A stretch of DNA of 64,000 nt from contig JAHRHZ010000040.1 in assembly GCA_024137785.1 (NCBI GenBank), positions 6,765,545 through 6,829,544 on the forward strand, written 5' to 3'. Under the pieces are notes generated by a model, which was given only the letters and a program-made list of their open reading frames with translations, had not been told where the DNA came from and searched no databases. Positions within the stretch are counted from its first letter, which is position 1; every line of letters begins with the position of its first letter. Origin of the DNA: Ginglymostoma cirratum. Lineage: Eukaryota. Shown piece after piece: positions 12,480 to 25,768 of this stretch. The translations under genes and the position numbers were made by a program.

Positions 12480-12855
12480 GGATGAGGGGTGACCTTACAG
12501 AAGTTTATAAAAATCATGAGGGGCATAGATAGGGTGAATAGTCACGGTTTTTTCCCCAGGGTAGGGGATTCCAAATCTAAGGGGCATAGGTTTAAGATGA
12601 GAGGGGAAGGATTTAAAAGGGACCTCAGCACAACTTTTCACGCAGAGGGTGATGTGTCTGTGGAATGAGTTGCCAAAGGAGGGGGTGGAGGCTGGTACAA
12701 ATACAAAAGGCACCTGGATGAGTACATTAATAGGAAGGGCTTAGAGACATATGGGTCAAATAGGACTGATTAATGTAGAATATCTGGTCAGCATGGACGA
12801 GTTGGACCAAAGGGTCTGTTTCTGTGCTGCACATCTCTATAACTCTATGACTCTA
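12480..12855 (+). mobile_element. CR1 LINE 3' end
   Basis: RGDL.EVYKIM and FFTQRV..LWNELP motifs, with a (CTCTATGA)n tail. Confidence 0.8.
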
Positions 12856-13147
12856 TTCCAAATTATATTTCTGTATTTAGACTCTGTGTATCTTATTTGG
12901 GATTCTTTGATCTGATTTCTTGAAGAGATGCTAGTTGATCACTCTGTGTAGGTAAGTCCAAGAGGGTAGGGTGCAATAAGCTGTCTCTAGTTCCTGGTGA
13001 TGATGAGTTGCTGCACAAAAGCTCACAAAAACTCAATGAGCAGCTGTGAAAGCAATAAACTGCAAGTATTATTCATTCACTGCTGAGCAGAAAATCCTAT
13101 CCGCTGATGTTCATATTGCAAGATAATCTCAAACTATTTTAAATCTA

Positions 13148-13161
13148 CCACAAGAGGGCAC
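13148..13161 (+). promoter_or_regulatory. Candidate CTCF site (forward)
   Basis: CCACAAGAGGGCAC fits the CTCF core consensus and lies in non-repeat DNA. Confidence 0.5.
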
Positions 13162-14058
13162 ATCAGATAAATAACTTATCAGAGCAAATAGTATATATCC
13201 GCTAAGGTCAATGGGCCGTCAATTGAACCATCTGTTTCACTAGTGTATAGGGTTCAATAAAATGTAGTTATTGCTTAGAATTTGAAAGTTGCAAGAAAAA
13301 TCAGTGAACAAATTATACCTTGGCTTTGTAAACTGATTAGTGATTGATTACAAATTAGCTTTGATTGAAAGTTTGGCATCTTTGGTGCAATTATATACCC
13401 TTCAAAAGTATCACTGTAGAATTATGTTTGCACACATCAATAAAGTTGGCAAATTAATTGTGTCAGTCAGTCAATCTCCAACCCCATAAGAGGAATCCAC
13501 TCCTTTCCATCTGCTACCATACTGTAGGAGTGCATAATTTGAGCTCTACCAATGTGTTGAATTTATCCTGACTATTATAGAATGAGCTTCTGTATGGAGT
13601 TATGTGTCACTGCCTTGACAATTCAAAATGCAGTCTTACTGTCATAGCCATATTACTTACTGCAAGAAGTGTCATCAAGTAGTTGAACATGTCTGCGGCT
13701 TGATCTTATGTCTATTACATCATGCATTTTAGCATGTTAATTGCTTGATCTCTAACTAAATACATCTGCACAAACATTACATTTACACTTATATCTAATG
13801 CTACACACTTCTTTATTCTTTCGAAGGATGTGGGCATTGTTGCCAAGGCTAATATTTGTTGCTTATCCCTAATTGCCCTTGAACTGAGTGATTTATGAAG
13901 GCAGTTACAAGCCAACCACATTGGAATGAATCTGGAGTCATATGTAGACCTAGCAAAATAAGGTTGGCAAATTTCCTGCCTTTCTCCATTATAACAATGA
14001 GGTATAGTTTTACAGTCACCATCAATGAGACCAGCTTTATATTCCAGATATGAATCAA

Positions 14059-14362
14059 TCATAGAATCCCTACAGTGTGGGAGCAGACCATTCAGCCCAT
14101 CAAGTCCACACTGACCCTATGAAGAGCATCCCATCCAGATGCACACCACCCCCCCCCCCCCCCCCCCCCAGCCAACCCTATCCCCATAATGCCGCATTTC
14201 CCATGGCTAACACATTTTTGGACTGTGGGAGCAAACCAGAGCAAACCCATACAGACAGAGGGAGAATGTGCAAACTCCACACAGTCACCTGAGGCTGGAA
14301 TCAAAGCTGGGTCCCTGGTATTGTGAGGCAGCAGTGCTAATCGCTGAGCCACTGTGCTGCCC
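14059..14362 (-). mobile_element. Full-length HE1/V-SINE nested in an older tRNA-derived SINE (about 13815-14475)
   Basis: Minus strand starts GGGCAGCACAGTGGCTCAGCGATTAGC (A box), contains the V core GTGTGGAGTTTGCACATTCTCC, and ends GGGATTCTATGA. Confidence 0.85.
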
Positions 14363-17300
14363 CTGCTGTTAACTGAAATCAAATTCAACCAACTGCTGTG
14401 ATAGGATGTGAGCACATGTGCCCAGAGTACCAGGCTTGGCCTATGGGCTACTAGTCCAGTGGCATTACCATTAGCTAATATTTGATATAAGCCATTTCTG
14501 AACTTCCAACTTATCATGTGATCAAAAAAAGGTTTGTCTATGTGTGATGTCTCAAGCCATGGCCAGTTTATCATTTCTTTGCAAGAATCTTTCTTCACAA
14601 AAATCATCTACAAGGGCACAAACATCTCAAAATTATTAACCTTATCTACATTTTCCTGACTTTCTCTGAAATGATTTGGACGTCTTGAAAATTTAACAGT
14701 TTGAGTTCTGATTTTGCCGAAGTTTGCTCCCAAAACTCTGCTATTAACAGTCACACCAACCAGATTTCATTTCCAGTTACCATGAATTAAAATTCCATTT
14801 CATTTTTTAAGCCCTGGAGACTTTACTGTTCAAAGCTCAGTGTACCTTGAAAACAGATGTCAAGCATTTGATCCCAGGCATTACCATATCTTTTGTTAGT
14901 TCTTTATTCTTGATGTTTTAGATTCTCAGAAATAGGGATTGAATTTAGATTACAGAAATTTAGATTCTCATTTCTGCAATTCTAATTTATCCAAAATTCA
15001 AATTAATTTGCTATCAGCAAAAAAAGAGTTAACATCCATACTTAGTTGGAAGTGGGCAGGACAAAATGCTCTCAGATGCAGAGGCAGGGATTAAATGAAG
15101 TTACTTATAAATTCTTCACACTTCCTCCTCAACAAAGAAAGTCTCAAACATAATGGGGATTAGTACAACGATAGACGCAGTTTGGCAAAGCAATTCAAAT
15201 GAACAGACATTTACAAAACAACAGTGCTGTTATTGTTAAGAGTCCTCCACAAGTTATTCTGATGAAACTGCTGCACATTTCTGAATTTTGTTTTCAATGC
15301 TTTTTGTATCTTTTATTCAACTATGCCAATTTTCTAATGGCAAACATTCTTATCAGGGAAGAAAGCACTTTAGATTAAACAGAATTGTTTTCTGATAGAA
15401 ATAAAAGGTTTCTAGACCAAGATTTTCTTTGGTATAGCCAGCATGATCTCAAAATTCTAATTCACACCAATCAACATTTGTAATACAAAAACTGCCAATA
15501 TTAGATGAATAAGATTTATATCTGGAATTAAAGACTCCCTCATACCTTGACAGGATAACTTGGAAATTCATTGTAATCACAAATAAAATTCCAGCTTTCA
15601 GAACTTCACAAATTGGTCAACCTTAGTCAATTAAACCTAGTTCAAACCAACGGTTATTAACTAAATGTAAATCAGAGTGACACGTCCTTTTCTAAGAAAA
15701 TGGGATAAATTACTTGTTTTGTTCTTTCCTCAGGTGTCTTTCCAAATGATTAATTAAAATGAGGAAGGGTGAAATTATATAAAGTGTTAATAATTCAGCT
15801 TTTATATGTTTCCAATTGTAGATGCATCATGACAGATTCAACATTTGGCAAACCACTCATCACGCATAAATACATAACTCAGGGTGAAATGAGCTTGCTT
15901 AAAGATCCTGTAGCCCAATACGACCACACCATAATATGGAGTTGAGAGTGGGCACCCCATTTTTTACATGTTTTTAATAGTGTGAGAAGAGTGAAGTGTA
16001 AAAATATTCAAAGAGACCTCTTTGAGGATTTGGGTTAGACCCCTTCAGAAGATGATAGATCCCCTTCCTTCCTCTTTGTATAAATTTCAAACCCACTTCT
16101 CCACCCACATCGCAACCTTTTCAAAAGATTACCAAACCTTCCCCATCCAATGCCCCTTACTTACCTGGGTCTAGGGATCCATTGGAATCTTCACCATGAT
16201 GGTCCTAGCACCACCCGCTGCCAAATTCTGATACTGCCAGGGCTGCTGGAACTACCAAGCAATCAAAATAGCCAGCTGCTTCAGAGATGGCACTTCCTCC
16301 CACCAAGGAGTGAAAGTCTCACTCTGCATCAAGTTAGCTCAGTCACCGCACGTTATATCTTATTTAGAGTCTGTTGGAAGCCTACCAACCTTATTTCTGG
16401 GATGGGGTGAAGAATGGAGAAAACTCTCTGGCCTCTTCCTCCCCTTGTAATTTTCTGCCTATAAGCCAGACAAGTAACAGACATATGCCTCTAACCCGAA
16501 CTGCCAGACAACAAAGTTTTAATAATATTTTTAATTCTGCAGGAAAGGTGTGTACAAGGGTTACAATCATTATGGAAATTTCCAATATTCAGATACACAA
16601 ATACTCAAACACATTCCCTTAGAAATAGAATATATTAGACATCATTCCTTTCCTCCAACATCTTCAACTTGTATTGTGGGTCTTCTTATTTATTTTCTTT
16701 TCCTCTTAGTTACTGGTATTATCAGATAGTGCTGTATCTGTACTTTTCCAATGTTTGCTTATCCCTTCTCTAACTGCTGGCCCTGACCATAAACTTCAAG
16801 ACATGCATTTTCTTTTACTTTTGTTCTCTTTCTTTCAGACTCTCAATCACTTTGCATATCCATTAAACTGTTTGGACTTTACTATCAAACCTGTGGACAC
16901 CTGTGTTGTTTCAGGGAGCAGAAAGCAAGCAGGACAAGGGAACTTAAATTCAGCGATAGGCCAAAAATCGGATTCCCAACAGCAGGATGAAAGTTTGCAC
17001 TTTAGTTCCTGGAATTTTAAAGATGGGTTAAGCTTCCAGACAGCAAGCAGTGAGAATCCTTTTGCAGGTCCATTTGAAGGCTGCTCAGCTTGTGCTTTTA
17101 ACCTTTACATCCATGTTGTATCCTGGAGTTATGAACAGTCACAGTTGAGGCTCCAATTTCTTTCCATTGTGTGGCTGATCAGGAATCTCTTATCGCCTGC
17201 AATTGGCATATGTTAGAAGGTCTGCAAGTTGCTGTACCATCTGTTTAGCCTTAATATGGGCACATCTTTCATGACCATCAAATGTTGGTGTAGGTCTCAA

Positions 17301-18107
17301 ACCCAGAGCTTCTAGTTCAGAGGCAGGGAGACTACTCAATAGACCTCCACCAATCTACACTAGGATGCTCTTCATTACCTGTTTGTTAACTGGTGAAAAC
17401 AATCCTCTTATTATGGATTCACAGAGTTACACAGCACAGAAACAGACACTTTGGTCCAACCAGTCCATGCCAAAGGTAATTCCAAACCAAACTAGTACCA
17501 CCTGTCTGCTCCTGGCCCATTTCCCTCCAAACCTTTCTTATTCATGTACTTATTCAAATGTTTTAAACCTCCCTGGACAAAGGAACTGAAAGTCATTTTC
17601 TGAAGAAGGGTCTAGGCCCGAAACGTCAGCCTTCCTGCTCCTCTGATCTGCTTGGCCTGCTGTGTTCATTTGCAGCAGCGGAGGGAGAGGCGACAGCGAG
17701 GACCAGGGAGCTGTCTGGAAGGTAAGTTTGTCTCTTAAAGGGCTTACCTCGAGCGTTAGCGGCCTTCATTTGCAGCAGCGGAGCGAGAGGCGACAGCGAG
17801 GACCAGGGGGCTGCCAGGAATATCTTTGGGCAGCGCCTGAACCCGAGACACTACACGTGTAGTGTCTCCCACCCACCCGCCCTCCTCCTCTAACCAAAAG
17901 AAAGGGACTCTGTGGTGTGTTGGTAAGGTAAGGCTTTTCTATTTTTTTTCTATTTCTTCTGTATAGTGTAATTGGTTAAAAAATTACTTTCTTTTTTAAT
18001 TTTTGAACTATTAATTGGTTATTTGGAAAATACCATAGCAAAGAAGTATTAGGAAGTATTGAACTCATAAATTTATATAAAGTAATAACGTAATTAATTA
18101 GGTAGAG

Positions 18108-19062
18108 ATGGCTGGGCAGGTGATGTGCTGTAGCTGTATGATGTGGGAGCTGGCTGATCCCATTGTGAACGGCAGTGACCGCATTTGTAGCAAGTGTTGG
18201 TTGCTGGAAGAACTCTGGCTCAGAGTTGAGGATCTAGAACCTGAGCTTCAAACACTGCTGCACATCCGGGAGGGGGAGTGTTACCTGGACGCTTTGTTTC
18301 AGGAGGCAGTCACACCTGGTAGATTAAGTAATTCAAATTCAGTTAGTGATCAGGGACAACAGCGTGTGACTGCAAGTGAGGCAGGTAAGGGGATCCTGAG
18401 TTCAGGAGTGGAGGAGCCTCAGCCTTTGACCTTGTCCAACAGTAACGAGGTACTTGCTCTCTGTGTGGATGAGGAAAAGGGCTGCGGGGAGGATGAGCCA
18501 GCTCACCACAGCACCATGGTGCAGAAGGCCATTCAAGAGGGGGGAGCCAAAAGACAAGTGGTAGTTATAGAGGATTCTATTGCTAGGGGGATAGATAGCA
18601 TCCTTTGCAAGCTGGATTGGGAGTCCCGCATGGTGTGTTGCCTGCCCGGTGCCAGGGTGCAGGACATCTCTGACCGGCTTGAAAGGATATTGGAGCGGGA
18701 GGGGGAGGATCCAGTTTTTGTGGTCCACACTGGGACTAACAACATAGGCAAGGCTAGGATGGAGGACCTGTTTGGGGATTATCAAGCACTAGGAACGAAA
18801 TTAAGGAACAGGTCCTCGAGGGTCATAATCTCCGGATTACTGCCCGAGCCACGTGCAAATTGGCTTAGGGATAAGAAAATTAGGGAAGTAGACACGTGGC
18901 TAAGGGAGTAGTGTGTGAAAGAGGGTTCCATTTCATGGGGCATTGGCATCAGTTTTGGAACCGGGGGGATCTGTACGGATGGGACGGTCTCCACCTGAAC
19001 CGATCTGGAACCAGTATTCTAGCGAAAAGGATAAATAGGGTGGTCACTAAGACTTTAAACTA
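18108..19062 (+). pseudogene. CR1 ORF1 (zinc finger/coiled coil + SGNH esterase), disrupted
   Basis: CxxC...CxxC, VVIEDS (GDS motif altered), CLPGA, HTGTNN and DGLHLN. TAG at 18909-18911 and a downstream frameshift. Confidence 0.9.
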
Positions 19063-19235
19063 GTGAGTCGGGGGGGAAGGGAAAGGGAAAATGACAGGGA
19101 GTATGATGGTAAATAAAAAGGTGAGCAGCAGGTTAGCATATGTGCAGGAGGGTTTAAGTTCAAGGCAGACTATGAAAGAAGCAAAAAGGAAGGATAACTC
19201 AGCAGATATTATTAGAGATGTTGGAAATCATGAGG

Positions 19236-20950
19236 GTAAGAAAGCTAGCACTTTACCTGAATGCTTGTAGCATTCTTAACAAGATTGATGAGTTAACAGC
19301 AAAAATCATTGCGAATGAATATGATTTGGTAGCCATTACGGAGACGTGGTTATGGGATGGTCACGACTTGGAGTTAAATATCCAGGGGTACCAGACTATT
19401 AGGAAGGACAGACAGGAAGGTAAGGGAGGTGGTGTAGCTCCAATATTCAAGGACGACATCAGGGTGGTGCTGAGAGATGATATAGGTTCTCTGAGGTTGA
19501 ATCCATTTGGGTGGAAATTAGAAATTCGAAAAGGAAAAAGTCACTGATAGGCGTAGTCTATAGGCCACCAAATAATAACATCACATTGGGGCGGGCAATA
19601 AACAAAGAAATAACTAATGCCTGTAAAAATGGTACGGCAATTATCATGGGGGATTTTAATCTAAATGTAGATTGGTCGAACCAGCTTGGTCAGGGTAGCC
19701 TTGAGGAGGAGATAACAAGATGTGGAGCCGGATGAACACAGCAGGCCAAGCAGCATCATAGGAGCAGGAAAGCTTGACGTTTTGGGCCTAGACCCTTCAT
19801 GCTTGACAAATCTTTTGGAATTCTGCGAAGACATTACGAGCAAGGTAGGCAATGGGGACCCAGTGGATGTGGTGTACCTAGATTTCCAAAAGGCCTTCAA
19901 CAAGGTGCCACGCAAGAGGCTGCTGCATAAGATAAGGATGCATGGCGTTAGGGGTAAAGTATTAGCATGGATAGGGGATTGGTTGACTAATAGGAAGCAA
20001 AGAGTGAGGATAAATGAATGCTATTCTGGCTGGCAATCAGTGACTAGTGGTGTGCCTCAGGGATCAGTGTTGGGATCACAATTATTTACAATTTATACAG
20101 ATGATTTGGAGTTGGGCACCACGTGTAGGGTGTCAAAGTTTGCAGATGACACTAAGATGAGTGGCAGAGCAAAGTGTGCAGAGGACTGTGAAACTTTGCA
20201 GAGGAACATAGATACATTGAGTGAGTGGGCAAAGGTCTGGCAGATGGAATACAATGTAAATAAATGTGAAGTCATACATTTTGGTAGGAGTAATAGTAAA
20301 AAGGATTATTACTTGAACGGTAAAAAGTTGCAGCATGCTGCTATGCAGAGGGATCTGGGTGTCCTTGTGCATGAATCACAGAAGGTTGGTCTGCAGGTAC
20401 AACAAGTAATTAGGAAGGCAAATGGAATTTTGTCCTTCGTTGCTAAAGGGATTGAGTTTAAAAGCAGAGAGGTTATGTTGCAGCTGTACAAGGTGCTGGT
20501 GAGGCCACACCTGGAGTACTGTGTGCAGTTTTGGTCTTATTTGAGAAAGGATGTACTGGCACTGGAGGGGGTGCAGAGGAGGTTCACTAAGTTGATTCCA
20601 GAGTTGAGGGGGTTGGCTTATGAGGAGAGACTGAGTAGATTGGGATTATATTCATTGGAATTCAGAAGATTGAGGGGGGATCTTATGGAAGCATATAAAA
20701 TTATGAAGGGAATGGATAAGATAGAAGTAGAGAGGATGTTTCCACTGGCAGGTGAAGCTAGGACAAGAGGGCATAGCCTCAAGATTAGAGGGAGCAGATT
20801 TAGGACTGAATTGAGAAGGAACTTCTTCACCCAGAGGGTTGTTAATCTATGGAATTCCTTGCCCGGTGAAGTAGTTGACGCTACTTCAGTAAATGTTTTT
20901 AAAGTTAAGGTAGATTTTTTTTGAACAATAAAGGAATTAAGGGATACGGT
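19236..20950 (+). pseudogene. CR1 ORF2 (APE endonuclease + RT), frameshifted and internally deleted
   Basis: YLNACS, ITETWL, VYRPP and GDFN, then CLTNLLEF, YLDFQKAF, PQGSVLG and FADDTK. Confidence 0.92.
19710..19800 (-). mobile_element. Penelope pLTR fragment at the deletion junction in CR1 ORF2
   Basis: GATAACAAG...GACCCTTCAT lies between CR1 LEEE and CLTNLL, with no TSD. Confidence 0.85.
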
Positions 20951-22919
20951 GAGAGCGTGGGTAAGTGGATCTGAGTCCACGAAAAGATCAGCCGTGATCT
21001 TGTTGAATGGCAGAGCAGGCTCGATGCGCCAGAAGGCCTACTCCTGCTCCTAGTTCTTAAGTTCTTATGTTCATCCAGCTCTTGTTATCTCTGGGACTGA
21101 AAGTCAGCGACTTTTAATTCTGATCACTAACTGCGGCCCTTGTTGTAAGTGTTTTTTTTACAGGCAACTATTGAAAGAGTGAATTTAGCTGCAATATCCT
21201 GCAAATAAAACATCTTACTGCCACTTATTGCTAGCAACAATTGTTACCCCTAGAGTGAGGTTGAGTGAAAGGATTGATTCTATCTAACAGAGTTGCTGTT
21301 TACATTACATAATGCAAGATATGAAATGAAAAGTTTTCTTAGATGTCAGTATGAAGGCAGGTCAGCTTTGGTGCATCAGCCTGTCCATTGTCTGGTTCAT
21401 AATTCTGTGAGACTTATTGAAAGGGGAGAAGTGATAATCCTAAACGCTAAATGTCTTAAAGAAACATTGAATGATAGGGAGGGGAATATTAAAAAGAGGA
21501 AGTTCAGTTGAAGAGTTCCAGAGGGTATAACCTAGATGGCTGATTGGTTTATTTTATATATAATAAGAGTAGGGAGAGACCTAAATGTGAATAAAACTGA
21601 TTAATTCCTAAAACAATAAATGTAGACTGCAACTTCGCAAAAGGAAATGAGTCAGACAAGATATACCATTCTATGATTCTCTCAACATTGGATTCTAGGA
21701 ACTTTGAAACTGGGTTCCATTCCAGACATGATCAGACAAGCTGCTGGCAGTCTGATTACTTACATACATCTCTAAAACTCAGTCAGTTTGAGCTGCATAA
21801 AGTACTAAACTGCTACTGGTCAGGTAGAAATTTACAATAGTTGCACCACGGGTGTACAGCACTATCAACAATCACAGGAAATTGATGCAATGCAGAAACA
21901 GTACAATGAATGGCAGCTGCTGCTGAGACCACTATATAATTCCCTCCTCATTTTGTCTGCCTTGTGATACACACAGTGTTCTTTGGAAAAGTCGCTTGCA
22001 AATTTTCACCAGTTTCTCAATGTACTCAATGCTTGAGAAGGGTTTTGAAATAGGATGTTACTCACTATCTACGACTTCTGGAGATAAAATGTAGAAAAAA
22101 GCAATTCATGGTAAAATATTATGTTTACATTGACTGATTTTGTGCAGATCACCCACTACAAATCCATTACTTCCAGAGAGTGACTTAACTGTTTATTTAC
22201 TTAAACTGATAATGTCTTTGGCTCCTTTATATTCAACTTGATTTTTTTTTCTGAAGAAGAATGCTTCATGGTATACAATAACATCTGCCACCTCATCCAA
22301 GTTGTCATTATTCACTAATGTGTGAACTTTGGGTGCATGTTTGGGTTGGCTGTCCGGTGGTCCACAGTAGGAATGGTTCGCACCATTTGTTGAAGTTTAT
22401 TTTTAACAGGGTTTGCTCTGCAGTGAACAAGAGTGGGAATAGAGACTGATTTTCTTTCTCTTTTTAATCCAAGATATATAGAGACTATTCTCAGCATCCT
22501 CCTCATTTTCCCAGCTAAGATCAGCTGATTGAAAGCTAGACCTTGGTTGTTATCTCACAAATGGAGACTAGCTGAGAGATTGGATCTCTGAAGTGATGGA
22601 ACTTCAGCCTGCCACAGATGTACACAACTAATATTAGTTGATTTTCCAGCTCCAGATCATGAAGATACTGATGGGCTCTTCACCCTCCAGCCCACTGTCT
22701 TCCTCAACAGCAAATGATGCTGAGAATATACATCAACACACAATGAACATCTCACTTCACAGAGGGCTGCCAAAGAAACAAAGCTCTGGACTACCACCTT
22801 GAGTTCTGGACATCAAATCTACATGAGGATATAAAACAAAAATACTAGAAATACTCTGCAAATCTGGCAGCTTCTGTGGAAAGAAAGATAGACATAACCA
22901 GTTGAATGTTTTGATGAGT

Positions 22920-23399
22920 GTCAGGACCCCAATGGAGAGCCCACATAAGGTCCTGAGCTTGCTGATATCATCAGCAGCCACCCACACAATATTACAACTT
23001 GCTAATTACTCCCCTCAGAATCAGCCATCTCTGTGATCACTATCCTATTATGAACAATGGGCTGAGTCCCAAGGCTGGGGCTCTACTTAGAGTACAGGAT
23101 CTGTGAATGCTCAGCAGCCCATGTAGAGAAATGGGCAGAAAGCAGGAAGACAATGGCACGGATAGATGCATATGTATGCAGTTGCACCTTTAGATCTTCA
23201 AGTCCTGCAAATAAAGTCTTATTGTTCTTTCTGTTTGCCCACATTTGTGGAGCAGGGAACCAATCATAGTTCCAGCTTGCCACTGGGAATGTACCCCAGT
23301 GATGGAAATATCAGGAGACATTCTGACTTATCTTCCACCTGTTGTACTAGCCCCAGCCTGGTATCTGTGGGACCAGAAGAATAGCCCATTGTTTCACAT
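22920..23399. mobile_element. Unclassified insertion (LTR-like or MITE) in an old Penelope-type repeat
   Basis: TGTCA...TTCACA ends, AATAAA at 23210, and imperfect inverted repeats at 23050-23082 and 23349-23399. Confidence 0.4.
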
Positions 23400-23744
23400 G
23401 TGAGAACTGATGTTAGGTCATTCAATTGTAACATAAAGTCTGTTTCTCACTCCACAAATGATGCCAGACCTGCAGAGCATTTCCAGCACTTTCTGCTTAT
23501 ATAACAGATTTCCAACATCTGAGTAATTTGTATTTTGTTAAGGAAAAGTATATTGGCTTTGGACAAAGTATGCTTCAAATTCACCAAAACTGTTTTATTT
23601 ATTTATTTCACATAATGTGGGCATTGCTGGCAAGTTCAGTATTTGGTGCTCCTTTCTAATTGTCCTTGAGAAGTTGATGATGGGCTACATACATGAACCT
23701 TTACAGTTTTTCTGGTGCGACTAGGCATCGGTGCTGTTGGAAAC

Positions 23745-23850
23745 TGTTCTGATGAAGAGTCACTGGACTCGAAATGTTAACTCTGCTTTCTCCACACAAA
23801 TGCTGCCAGACTTGCTGAGTTTCGCCAACAATTTCTGCTTTGGATTTCGG
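23745..23850 (+). mobile_element. Older Penelope pLTR with a covarying hammerhead
   Basis: CTGATGA-A-GAGTC(ACTG)GACTC-GAAA-TGTTAA at 23749-23780. Confidence 0.7.
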
Positions 23851-23949
23851 TCAGAATTTATGCTGTGAAGAGAGCAAAAGGATGCTACAAAATAATAGTG
23901 ATTGGTTAAATGAATAAGCAAAGAGTTGGCAAATGGATTACTTATCAAC

Positions 23950-24750
23950 ATATGAAAGAATGAATTAGGGGCCACAGTAGGCCATTCAGCCCTTCGGGTC
24001 TGCTCTGCCATTCAATTAGACCAAGCCAAATCTGTTGGTGCTCTGAATTTCACACTTTCATTTACTCCTGACAATCCTTGATTTCATTCTCGAAAAAGAA
24101 TCTATCTACCTTTGCCTTAAAAATATTCTTTGACATCATATCCAACACCTTTTGAGGCAAAGAGTTCCAAAGTAATAAAATTGTTCTGGATAGACGACCC
24201 ACAATTTCCAAGTAGTGCCCCTTAATTTTGACTTGTTCACACGAATAAACATCTTTTTCACATCCATGTTGTTAAGACTAGCCAGGATTTTCCACAATTG
24301 TAAATAGCCATCCCTCACTCTTCTAAACGGTAGTAGAAAGGAACTAAGCCTGACCAACCTTTCCCAGTTGAAATGTGTAACATCTTAATAGTCCTGTCAA
24401 GGTGGGCATGAAAAGGATGTTTTCTCTTTTGGATCAGTCCTGAAATCGGAAGAACTGTGTTAAAAATTAGTGGTTTGTCCTTTTAGGATAGAGATGAGGA
24501 GAATTGTTTTCTCTCAGGGGGTTTTGTTAAGTTGGAAATCTCTGTCTCAGAAGATAGATGGAGGTCGAGTCATTGAATATTATTAAGACAGATAACAGGT
24601 TCTTTTAAGGTAACGGTTTCAAAGATTATCAGGGTAGATGAGAACGTGGAAATTAAAATGCACACAGATCAGTCCTGATTATATTGAATGTTGGAGCGGG
24701 CGCAAAGGGCCAAAATTTCTATTTCTGCTTCTGTTTGTGTTGTTATGTAT
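23950..24750. mobile_element. Two degenerate CR1 3' fragments in opposite orientation
   Basis: CR1 tail motifs on - (about 23950-24370) and + (about 24390-24750). Confidence 0.6.
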
Positions 24751-25705
24751 GTTTGTAAATTTGCAAACCACAATCGCTTTCAGAGATTAGGCTTGAAAAG
24801 TGAAACAGTCACATTGTAGACAGTTTTATGGGTAAGTTGAACTGATTTTTTGTATTTTATTTATATTTTATATAGCTATTTTGTTATAATTTATCTTGAA
24901 ACAGTAATGTCTAGATGTAGCAAAAGCAAAGGCAAAGGGTTTCAGTAACAAGTAAAGTGGGGGGCGCAGATCGAAGATGTTATAGAGCTGGAAATAAGTG
25001 CCTTCGGTGACAGAGGATTTAGGGTTGGAAGCTAACTTCAGGGTCAATGACAACACCATGACTGCCAACAATTTGGTTCAGCCTGAAACAACAGACAGGG
25101 AAAGGGATGAAGTCAATGACTAGGGAATGGAATTTGAATTTTCTTCTTATTCAATTGGAAGAAAGTTATTCTTAACCAATATTGGATATCAAACAAGCAG
25201 CAAGATAAATCTGAAGAATCCTTAGGATTTCTATGCTTTCCTAATCTCATGTCCCAATTCCAGATTTGATTTCTTCTTTAATGTTCCTTGGATCCGTTTA
25301 TGACTCTTTGCACTCTTAATTAACAGGTCTGTCAAGGAACCAGTGATGGTGGATCCAGGGAAAGGGAGGATACTGTCACAGCTTGATCTCCTTTCCCTCA
25401 GCCCTAGGCATTTACCATGTACATGCTGAGGAACTCTGTCTGGGCTGAGATCTTCAGTGGGACATCTCCAATAAACTTTGCATCACGCTATGTACTTACA
25501 ATCATTCACTGGGTCTTGTGATGCTGCATGCACATTGCAGCACCAAGGGGATTCTCCTGCTTTGTACTTGTGAGCTGGTGCTGGGAATCTAACCGGGGAA
25601 GCATACTATTAATAAGATCTGATGCAGGGGTTTGCAGTAGTTCCACATTGTTAGATTTCTGCTCTCAAAGGGGAATTTTTAACATAAATATCTTTCATGT
25701 AAGGT

Positions 25706-25717
25706 AGTTTCATTTCT
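25706..25717 (+). promoter_or_regulatory. ISRE/IRF element upstream of locus A
   Basis: AGTTTCATTTCT ~50 nt before the ATG, with a TATA-like GATAAAAG at 25730. Confidence 0.5.
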
Positions 25718-25768
25718 GCTTTTCTACCTGATAAAAGTCCACACATGATTACAGAATGATCAGAAGAG

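Larger units (their letters stand above)
17665..21069 (+). mobile_element. Young CR1 LINE retaining 5' UTR, ORF1 and an internally deleted ORF2
   Basis: 5' UTR repeat with 100-bp period (17665, 17765), ORF1, endonuclease and RT motifs, and a (GTTCTTAT)n tail. Confidence 0.95.
17596..21091 (+). mobile_element. Short hammerhead-bearing Penelope derivative split by a CR1 (halves 17596-17664 and 21070-21091)
   Basis: Hammerhead core at 17600. The sequence resumes TTCATCCAGCTCTTGTTATCTC after the CR1. TSD GG(A/G)ACTGAAAGTCA at 17582-17595 and 21093-21106. Confidence 0.85.

Noticed and set aside
14148-14169. Poly-C run as a functional G-quadruplex
   Set aside because: It is an expanded G-rich segment within a SINE.
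14290-14362. tRNA gene
   Set aside because: It is a SINE head continuing into a V core and LINE-type tail; the same applies at 47601.
16755-17216. 153-aa ORF (also 5682-6068 and 49897-50247)
   Set aside because: No recognisable domain or splice structure, and non-ATG starts.
19722-20924. 400-aa ORF as a novel fusion or domesticated RT gene
   Set aside because: It starts at GTG in a repeat fragment just after a stop, and the rest is truncated ordinary CR1 RT.
24950-24968. Additional CTCF-like motifs here and near 58420
   Set aside because: The 5' halves match poorly and both lie inside decayed repeats.
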